This document shows positions 9,425-16,065 of a DNA stretch of 64,000 nucleotides, piece after piece (the first letter of the stretch is position 1; every line of letters begins with the position of its first letter). The stretch is from a virus, in the IMG/VR virus record IMGVR_UViG_3300046170_000371, positions 23,160 through 87,159 of that record; one strand, given 5' to 3'. The position numbers were made by a program, and so were the translations under genes. The notes under the pieces were generated by a model that saw nothing but the letters and a program-made list of their open reading frames with translations, did not search any database and had not been told where the DNA came from.

Positions 9425-9622
9425 TTATGTATCTATTGTACTGAAGTAATCATCCCTAGGCTGTACATTGCCATCACAAATGAGCTTGTCTAAGTAATCT
9501 CTATCCGATTGCTCTAGTTCAACATAGTTGTCATAGAGCCACTGCCATGCACTGTGCCATTCATCTAATGAGTTGCATGCAGTACTGCCAAACGCAATGC
9601 GCTTAGCTTCTTTGACATTCAC
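9425..9622 (-). CDS. Hypothetical protein
   Basis: 65-aa ORF packed in the operon. Confidence 0.55.
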   Translation of the reverse strand: MNVKEAKRIAFGSTACNSLDEWHSAWQWLYDNYVELEQSDRDYLDKLICDGNVQPRDDYFSTIDT

Positions 9623-9829
9623 AGACCCACTTCTTGGTTAAGCTTTTGCACTGCTTTAGCTACAGGCATCAGCGTAGCCATCAGCTTCTTAGGCGTCTCT
9701 GTTTCAATTAATGCAATCTTACTTTCGAAGCTCTGTAATCTTTGCGTCTTTCTTTTTAGTTTTGTAGTCAGTGAACTTCATACCAAGCAGCAGTGCTAGG
9801 GCAGGTCCAATTATATACTCTAGTGCCAT
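9619..9829 (-). CDS. Small protein with N-terminal TM anchor and coiled coil (frameshifted)
   Basis: MALEYIIGPALALLLGMKF... read from ATG 9829; C-terminus ...KLNQEVGL overlaps the next start. Confidence 0.45.
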
Positions 9830-9863
9830 ATCTATTTGTTAGCTAGCGATAGTCTAGCCTAAA

Positions 9864-10190
9864 TTATCCAATCATAAGACCATCATCATCAAGGTCTTCA
9901 TTCTCATAGCTCTCGTCATCAATGTCAGTTGGCATAGGGTCGTCTGACATCATCAGCAGGTCCATAAAGGTCTCTTCACTAATGATTTCAGGCAGACCAT
10001 TCTGGTGCTCGTCAATCTTAAACATGATGCCGTTAGCCATCAGTGTCTGCTGCACTCCGTTCTTCTGCTCCATGCGTGACTTAAGCAGTCGCAAGCATGT
10101 CTTCTCCAATGCTGGGCGGCTCATACGATTGACTTCGTATCGTGCTCGTGTCAGAGCAAAGCGTTGTTCTATCGATAGTGCTGCGTTCAT
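9864..10190 (-). CDS. nblA: NblA-like phycobilisome degradation adaptor with acidic C-terminal extension
   Basis: LSIEQRFAL......V.RMSR..L......L....M..KN matches the NblA consensus LSLEQQF.L......V..MSREQ...L.....M..EN. Confidence 0.7.
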   Translation of the reverse strand: MNAALSIEQRFALTRARYEVNRMSRPALEKTCLRLLKSRMEQKNGVQQTLMANGIMFKIDEHQNGLPEIISEETFMDLLMMSDDPMPTDIDDESYENEDLDDDGLMIG

Positions 10191-10530
10191 CTAATTCTTC
10201 CTCAAATCTTTTGTTTGAAATCCATTCTTCAATCAATTCCTTTGCAGTCTCATTATAAAAAGACTGCTGTTGAAACCATACTAACCAAGGTTGAGAACCT
10301 TTGGAGTGATTACACTCAAGGCAGCATGGCAGCAAGTTACTGCGTAGGCTGTCTCCACCCTTTGACTTTGGCTTTATGTGGTCCAGTGTGGTTGCTCGAT
10401 GACACCTGCAGTATCCGCAGAGTCCACCCCATCCATACTTAATTGACTTTTTAAATCTGCGCTTGGCACTTTGCTTAGATAAGCAAGTGAGGTCGTACAT
10501 AAGGTCCGACCAGTCTTCAGCAATTCCCAT
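10081..10530 (-). CDS. HNH endonuclease
   Basis: CGYC...TLDHIKPKSKGG....NLLPCCLECNHSKG. Confidence 0.88.
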   Translation of the reverse strand: MGIAEDWSDLMYDLTCLSKQSAKRRFKKSIKYGWGGLCGYCRCHRATTLDHIKPKSKGGDSLRSNLLPCCLECNHSKGSQPWLVWFQQQSFYNETAKELIEEWISNKRFEEELDERSTIDRTTLCSDTSTIRSQSYEPPSIGEDMLATA

Positions 10531-10596
10531 AGTTGTTATTAGGCAACTGCCTTAACTATAGTTATGTAACGTCTCCTATGTGTCTATGTAGTGCGA

Positions 10597-10837
10597 TTAA
10601 TTGCACTTCTTAGCAACTAGTTGGTCCATCTTATCTTCAATCCTAATGAGATGGTCCTCCATACGTAGCATTGCTGCTGTGAACTCCTGCTTTGGAGTGT
10701 ATGTTTCAACTAACTTTAGCTCAAGCTTAGTCTACCTTGCTGTCTAACAAAGTCACACGATGATTTACTTTATTAAAAAGCACAGCAGTACCTGTAACTA
10801 CAGCAATAATAACGGGCACGAATGTTTCAATCATCAT
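10597..10837 (-). CDS. Small single-TM coiled-coil protein, possibly lysis-associated. Frameshift near 10730.
   Basis: MIETFVPVIIAVVTGTAVLF TM segment; continues ...KQEFTAAMLRMEDHLIRIEDKMDQL in the shifted frame. Confidence 0.55.
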
Positions 10838-11090
10838 TTTCCACAGCCTTATAGCTAGTTGAGATAGACCATCCGTCTTCACCAAACGTGCCGGTCTCTT
10901 TGGTTTCCCATTTGTCTTCAGCCTTTTCAACAGGCTGCGTTTCAATCCACTCTTCTTCTGCCGCATCAAGCTTATGCGGAAGGGTGGTGTAGAACTTCTT
11001 TGCTTGTATGGCACGCTGAATTCTCTCCAAGTCTGAGCGTGTGTCAAACCTGAAGATCCATTTCCCATCACTGGGAATATTGCCTAGTCC
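10827..11090 (-). CDS. Start-less -1 frame ORF, probable C-terminal extension of the 11084-11233 protein
   Basis: Open frame from 11090 (GLGNIPSDGKWIFRFDTRSDLERIQRAIQAKKF...) to TGA 10827; no ATG in frame. Confidence 0.55.
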   Translation of the reverse strand, partial: GLGNIPSDGKWIFRFDTRSDLERIQRAIQAKKFYTTLPHKLDAAEEEWIETQPVEKAEDKWETKETGTFGEDGWSISTSYKAVENDD

Positions 11091-11233
11091 TTTTTTTCAG
11101 AGCCGGGCTTCATGGTGTTCACTGCACTAAGCACAAGCTGAATCATGCTGTTCGACTTCAATGGAGTCAGAGCAATGATTTCACTAGCAGCTGCAAGAAC
11201 AATCCAGAAGATTGCTGATTCTAGGATAGCCAT
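11084..11233 (-). CDS. Small two-TM holin-like protein (49 aa) ending at an A_AAA_AAG slippery site
   Basis: MAILESAIFWIVLAAASEIIALTPLKSNSMIQLVLSAVNTMKPGSEKKD*; not in the ORF track. Confidence 0.65.
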   Translation of the reverse strand: MAILESAIFWIVLAAASEIIALTPLKSNSMIQLVLSAVNTMKPGSEKKD

Positions 11234-11266
11234 TGTATTAATGAGGACTAACGTTATCTTTATTTT

Positions 11267-11384
11267 AACTACTAAACTACGCTAACTACAGTAGTTTTCT
11301 ATATATCTATTATTTAATCCTACGTAGCTCCTATATATCTATTATTTAAAAACAGTATATAGGGATTAGCGTAGTTAGCGTAGC
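11267..11384. repeat. Structured repeat locus A: inverted CTACG(CTAA) motifs flanking two 19-bp AT-rich direct repeats
   Basis: ctacgctaactac (11277-11289) and gtagttagcgtag (11371-11383); ctatatatctattatttaa at 11299-11317 and 11331-11349. Confidence 0.85.
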
Positions 11385-12174
11385 TTTTGTAGCGCTGCTT
11401 GTAGTAAGTGGAGGCGTGTCTTCCCGTACTGAGCAGTGGTAGAAGCTTTAGCGTGACCAGTAAGAATATCAATCATATATTCCTCAATGCCTGCGTCTCT
11501 ACAACGAGTGTGAAAACTATGGCGAAGCGTATGTGCTGCTTCAAACTTAGGTAGCTGCATATTCTTTCTAAAGTTTTCGCTCCAGCTAGCGCCAGGGCGT
11601 AACGCTTTTGATTGACGAAAGTTACCTATCACCCGAGTACAGGCAGGGTGGATGGGCACCTTCCTTCTTGATGGTCTGTTTTTTAAGTCGCGGTTCTCTT
11701 GGTCTGTAAATGTGAAGTATGGAATGTCTGCATCTTGCACGATGTTCTGTGGGTCAAGCCCTGCTACTTCACCGATGCGTGCGCCTGTAAACCAAAGGAT
11801 TACAAAGTATGGGTCGTCGTGATACTGCTTGTAGTAATCCCACTCGTAGAACTCTGGGTCCCTGCTTTCAATTACAAGCCCATCGTCTGCATCTAACCAA
11901 GGGTTATCAGCTTTTGTACCAGGCACCAGCTTCATCTTTCTACCTTTATTCCAGATGGCTTTAAGACTGCTGAGCCTTGTCTTTGTTGTGCTTTCACACA
12001 CCCGCTCTAACCAGTAGATGCGTTGGTCAAGCACTACTTCATCTGTGACTTGGTCAATCGTTAGTTCTCCAATAGGTCCGACTGGCTTTGAGCCAGTTGG
12101 CATACGGTGGAGTCTGTGATTTTGTAAAGCTTCTTAAGCTTTGCGGCAAGGGTTTGCACCTTCATAGGGTTCAT
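11375..12174 (-). CDS. int: Tyrosine recombinase/integrase (true start probably near 12174, indels near 12100)
   Basis: Catalytic set present: TGARIGE (R), DLKN (K), HTLRH (HxxR), LTGH (H), TAQYG (Y). Confidence 0.9.
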
Positions 12175-12208
12175 TTGGGATATAAGCAACGCCTATCAAC
12201 AACCTATT

Positions 12209-12232
12209 AAAAAACCCCACGATGTGTGGGGT
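12209..12232 (-). terminator. Rho-independent terminator between the tRNA fragment and int
   Basis: On the - strand: ACCCCAC-ACATC-GTGGGGT followed by a T tract. Confidence 0.7.
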
Positions 12233-12245
12233 AGGTGATGGGGAA

Positions 12246-12270
12246 CGGAGAGGGTCGGATTCGAACCCAC
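12246..12270 (-). other. 3' fragment of a tRNA (Ser-like), putative attP core
   Basis: GTGGGTTCGAATCCGACCCTCTCCG = T-arm plus acceptor 3' strand typical of tRNA-Ser (…GGTTCGAATCCC..CCTCTCCG); no D or anticodon arm; next to the integrase. Confidence 0.7.
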
Positions 12271-12333
12271 TCCTTTGGCGTAGCTAAGCGTAGATTAGCA
12301 CGTCAAGTACCCTCGTCTAATCAGCTGTACTTA

Positions 12334-12705
12334 TCAGTCTGGTTGCTTGGAGTACTGCTTGCCCTTGGCTGTATCAGCACGTTTCTTAGCAGTGGTGCGT
12401 GCGTACTCTTTGTCGCTCATACCGTCACGCTTCTTCTTCGGGAGGTAACGCTCACCTGTTGCGCCTTTACCTTCGGTGCTGTTCTTGCCTGACTTAGTAC
12501 CCCAATCTTCCTTGGTCCACTTTTTCATCTTGTTATCTTTGGCAGAAGGTTTACTACCTTCGTAGCCACCACCACTGTCTTTGTAGTACTTGGTTGCAAG
12601 CTGCATAGCACGAGCAGAGTGCTTGCCACCCATCTTTGCTTTCGCTCTTGATTTAGCGGCAGCCCATTTCTTTGGGTCTTTCTTTGTTGCTACTCCATCA
12701 GCCAT
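12334..12705 (-). CDS. Lys-rich small basic protein (DUF5872-like)
   Basis: KWTKEDWGTKSGK...TGERYLPKK motif. Confidence 0.65.
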   Translation of the reverse strand: MADGVATKKDPKKWAAAKSRAKAKMGGKHSARAMQLATKYYKDSGGGYEGSKPSAKDNKMKKWTKEDWGTKSGKNSTEGKGATGERYLPKKKRDGMSDKEYARTTAKKRADTAKGKQYSKQPD

Positions 12706-12781
12706 GCTTACACCCACAATCTTTTTTTACTTTTGCTTTCTTCTTATCGAGGAAAGCTTGTGCTTGTTGCTTCTTAGTCAT
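12698..12781 (-). CDS. Lys-rich peptide (27 aa, MTKKQQAQAFLDKKK...)
   Basis: Start and stop overlap both neighbours; paralogous N-terminus with the 12774-12932 peptide. Confidence 0.5.
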   Translation of the reverse strand: MTKKQQAQAFLDKKKAKVKKDCGCKHG

Positions 12782-12932
12782 CGGACTTGCCGTTCTTCTT
12801 TTCGAAGTGCTTGCGTAGTCCTTCAGGCATCTTAGATGAATCAGTAGACTTTTTCTCGTCTCCTTCTTTCATCTTGCCTTTAGTTTCTTCTTTCTTCTTT
12901 TCGAAGAATGCTTGTGCTTTTTGTTTAGACAT
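12774..12932 (-). CDS. Lys-rich peptide (52 aa, MSKQKAQAFFEKKK...)
   Basis: ATG 12932 to TAA 12774; not in the ORF track. Confidence 0.55.
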   Translation of the reverse strand: MSKQKAQAFFEKKKEETKGKMKEGDEKKSTDSSKMPEGLRKHFEKKNGKSDD

Positions 12933-12935
12933 GGA

Positions 12936-13235
12936 TTAACATTTCCAACGACGACGTGCTGCTTTACCGCGTTCACCAGTCCAACCACGTGAGCGTGCAC
13001 AGAATGATTTCTTGCGAGCACCTGCTTTAGTACCAGGTTTACCATTAGGTGCTGGAGCTTTTAAATTGCTACCAGTCCTTTTATTAATAGATGCACGACC
13101 TTTAGCAGTCAGTCCTGCGCCTTCTTTAACGGATAGTTTGTGTCCGCCTTTGACGGTCATACCATCCATAGCACCTTTCTTTTTACTCTTGCCGTGAGCT
13201 TGTGCTTTAGATTTTGCGGCAGCTCTATCAGCCAT
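12936..13235 (-). CDS. Small basic protein (DUF6321-like)
   Basis: GLTAKGR....GSNLKAP...RKKSFCAR..G...RRWKC motif common in marine phages. Confidence 0.65.
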   Translation of the reverse strand: MADRAAAKSKAQAHGKSKKKGAMDGMTVKGGHKLSVKEGAGLTAKGRASINKRTGSNLKAPAPNGKPGTKAGARKKSFCARSRGWTGERGKAARRRWKC

Positions 13236-13267
13236 AGATAACAAGTGTGATGCTTTATATAGTTTAA

Positions 13268-13486
13268 CTAAAAATCTTCTTCTTTTTCTTTTTTCTCTTG
13301 CACTTTTGTAATGCCGTAGCTTGCTAGTACTGTTGTAACAAGAGAGCTTATAAATGCTGAGTCAACACTTTTTGCCATGCCAAAGTAACTAGCAGTAAGC
13401 ACAGCAAGCGACCAGGTCAATACGCCTGCTGGAATGATGTTATGAAATAATTGCCTTATTATATTATTCTTTTTGGGACTGTCCAT
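13268..13486 (-). CDS. Small two-TM membrane protein
   Basis: VLTWSLAVLTASYFG and SAFISSLVTTVLASYGI hydrophobic helices with a charged tail. Confidence 0.6.
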   Translation of the reverse strand: MDSPKKNNIIRQLFHNIIPAGVLTWSLAVLTASYFGMAKSVDSAFISSLVTTVLASYGITKVQEKKEKEEDF

Positions 13487-13539
13487 TAGAATACACTGAG
13501 GAAAAGATACAATAGTTAAAGCAACTTGTATGCAAATGT

Positions 13540-13920
13540 ATGAAGCGCTTACTTCTATTATTGCTGATTGCTGCACCTGTTAGCGCTCAATCAGTTACTC
13601 CTAATTTCACTACTGGTTCAATGACGCAGACAGTGACTGCTACTCAAGAAGTTACTGAAACTATTGCTATTGAACGCTTCGGTGGTGCGGTTTCAACGTG
13701 GAATGGAGATAATGTGCAACCTACAGGAGACGCTACTGCTACGTCTCCAGCAACCATTGATTTAACAGGCAGTAGTACTCAATTTTATGTCGTTGATCCG
13801 AGTCAGCCGTGGCAACTAGAAATCATTACAAGAGCAGCAGGATTAGTAGAGACAGAGGATGTGACAAGAACAATCGAAACAAACACTACTACCAATACTT
13901 TGTCGGTATTCTCGCAGTAA
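13540..13920 (+). CDS. Secreted/periplasmic Thr-rich protein (cyanophage type)
   Basis: Signal peptide MKRLLLLLLIAAPVSA; VTPNFTTGSM...LSVFSQ; TACAATAG motif upstream. Confidence 0.7.
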   Translation: MKRLLLLLLIAAPVSAQSVTPNFTTGSMTQTVTATQEVTETIAIERFGGAVSTWNGDNVQPTGDATATSPATIDLTGSSTQFYVVDPSQPWQLEIITRAAGLVETEDVTRTIETNTTTNTLSVFSQ

Positions 13921-14369
13921 TTTTCTGTAGCCCTGTATTTGCTGAAGGTAATACAAGTGTTGCTGCTAATCCAGTGGCGGCAATCAGTGGTTCAGTCGCT
14001 AACCAAGCGGTACAAATTAATCAAGGCTCTTTAAGCACACAATCATTTGCAACAGGGCCACTACTGTAATGGTCCTGTAATTAGTATTACACCTTATTAC
14101 TTGCAGACTGAATCGTTTACTTCTGTGTATGCGACTAATAGAAACTATGGTGGGCAGATAAGTTTGTCGATGCCACTTGATGGCAGTTCAGTTGAACTGT
14201 GTAAAGCACTAGCTCGTCAGAGGTTAGAGAAAGGGTCGGCTTGACTATGAGCTTGTGCGTATTAAAGAGTGCATCAATATACATCAGAGTGGATACTTGA
14301 TACATCCCTGAAAGTCCGTTCTATTCTATTTGCGCCGACGTTCTAGTTGCCGCTGACGTGCCCAAGTAA
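13809..14369 (+). CDS. Secreted/membrane hypothetical protein (several indels; start uncertain)
   Basis: Signal-like FVGILAVIFCSPVFA, then NQAVQIN, CNGP, GGQISLSMPLDG..LCK across ORF fragments. Confidence 0.5.
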
Positions 14370-14891
14370 CTACTCTCTTGCCACGACGCTTCTGTATCTT
14401 ATTGAGAATGACTTTCAATAGTGGCTTTATAAGCTTCAAAAGGTAATCAAAAAAAGTTTTAGCTACTAGAGCACCACCGACTGACGCTACTGCTGCGACA
14501 GTTGCTGTTGTTGCTGTGACAATCATTACTTCATTCGTAGGTAACGGTAGTTCAACTTCAATAATTGGAACGATGATTGCGTTACCTTCTGGCTCAACTT
14601 CAGTAAGAACTTCTGGTAGTTCAGGCAGGGGAGGTAGTGGTGGTGCTGGGGAGGTGACGGAGTGGTACAGGTGGAGGTGGCTGTACTGACTGCGGAGGAT
14701 TACTTTGCTCTTGCTCTACTGGCTTCACTAGGTTGAGATGTTTGTGGAACACCTGGTTCAGCTATATCTTTTACTCGTGGTGGTATAGGCACCCATCTTG
14801 GTGGCTCAACCAACGGCAAATCTAATGTTGGAGCAGGTAACTGAAATGCGTTTGGTAAAGGTATTGGTGGTAGCAGTGGTGCTACTTCCAT
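14326..14891 (-). CDS. Pro-rich membrane-anchored protein (frameshifted)
   Basis: Pro-rich N-terminus, then ATTATVAAVASVGGALVA TM and basic tail in joined fragments. Confidence 0.55.
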
Positions 14892-15019
14892 CTATCCATT
14901 GGGTCTTCATCACCCTCGCAGATAGCAACTGCTCGTTTGTAAAAATAGCAGTCTGTCTTATCTGCTTCTTCTAAAGCTTCTCTTACCTTCTCCCAATTCT
15001 TTCGTTCTGCTTCACTCAT
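14882..15019 (-). CDS. Small hypothetical protein (45 aa, NWEKVREALEEADKTDCYFYKRA)
   Basis: ATG/stop overlaps with both neighbours. Confidence 0.55.
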   Translation of the reverse strand: MSEAERKNWEKVREALEEADKTDCYFYKRAVAICEGDEDPMDRWK

Positions 15020-15288
15020 TCGTTCGTTTTAATAAAGTCCATTTCAGCGTGCATCAGGTCACTGAGGTTAGACACCTGAGCGCAGCAGTTTTTGATGAGC
15101 CCACGTTGATTAGGCGTGAGGTTCTCTGCTTCAATTACATCTTCTGATAACACATTAGAGATATCACCAAGTGCCATAACGATGGCTGGCATTCCCCATT
15201 TTTCTACAAGCGACGACATCGCAGAGAGCAGTGGGTTTGACCCTGTCTCTACAATTTTCCAGAAGTTAGCTCTTTCTTCAGTCGTCAT
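15016..15288 (-). CDS. Hypothetical protein
   Basis: 90-aa ORF; TAGAATAG motif upstream (15309-15316). Confidence 0.6.
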   Translation of the reverse strand: MTTEERANFWKIVETGSNPLLSAMSSLVEKWGMPAIVMALGDISNVLSEDVIEAENLTPNQRGLIKNCCAQVSNLSDLMHAEMDFIKTNE

Positions 15289-15348
15289 AATGTAGCCCTA
15301 TGTTAATACTATTCTAAAGTAGAATGTGTCAATAGAGTTATATTTATT

Positions 15349-16065
15349 ATGCCTGAGATTTCCGTAGATGAGTTCGTCAATTTCTTTAAATATTATAAGG
15401 ATGAACCACATCAGCGAGCAGGAGTTAAAGAGCTCTATCGTTATCTTGATTTAATTAGCAAGGATGATACATCATCTTGGATTAAAATCTATCGTGAAGG
15501 ACCAAAGAAATCAGCACCAGTCAAAGCTGCTGATGAAGTTCATGTAACTAAAGCACAGCTCGCTGCAATCTGGGGATGCTCTGCTGATTTAATTCACGAC
15601 TATGAGATTGATGAAATGAACTCGTGCTTGGAGAAGTATGAGATTACAACTGCTCCACGCATCCGTCACTTCTTATCACAGACAGGACACGAGAGTGGTG
15701 GGGGGCGTTATAAGAAAGAGCTTGCTAGTGGGGAAGCGTATAACGGAAGAGATGACTTAGGTAATACCTCGCCTGGTGATGGACCTAAATACAAAGGTGC
15801 TGGTTACATCCAGCTCACTGGCAAGTACAACTACTCGCGCTTGGCTGAATACTTAGATGACCCTCGTGTGATGGAAGGCGTTGAGTATGTAGCAGAAAAC
15901 CTGCCGTTTACATCAGCAGGTTACTGGTGGGAAGATAATAAGATGAACGAACTAATTGATAGTGGTGCTGATGTAGTAGCTGTAACCCGCCGAGTGAATG
16001 GCGGGACTAACGGGCTAGCTGATAGAGAACATTACTACCAGCGTTGCCTTCAGCAGATTCAGTAA
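15349..16065 (+). CDS. Endolysin, glycoside hydrolase family 19
   Basis: HFLSQTGHESG, YKGAGYIQLTGKYNY, VTRRVNGGTNGLADR. Confidence 0.9.
   Translation: MPEISVDEFVNFFKYYKDEPHQRAGVKELYRYLDLISKDDTSSWIKIYREGPKKSAPVKAADEVHVTKAQLAAIWGCSADLIHDYEIDEMNSCLEKYEITTAPRIRHFLSQTGHESGGGRYKKELASGEAYNGRDDLGNTSPGDGPKYKGAGYIQLTGKYNYSRLAEYLDDPRVMEGVEYVAENLPFTSAGYWWEDNKMNELIDSGADVVAVTRRVNGGTNGLADREHYYQRCLQQIQ

Noticed and set aside
11267-11384. CRISPR mini-array
   Set aside because: Only two 19-bp direct repeats with a 13-nt spacer, and no cas genes.
12246-12320. Complete tRNA gene
   Set aside because: Only the T-arm and acceptor 3' strand are present; there is no matching 5' strand, D arm or anticodon arm.
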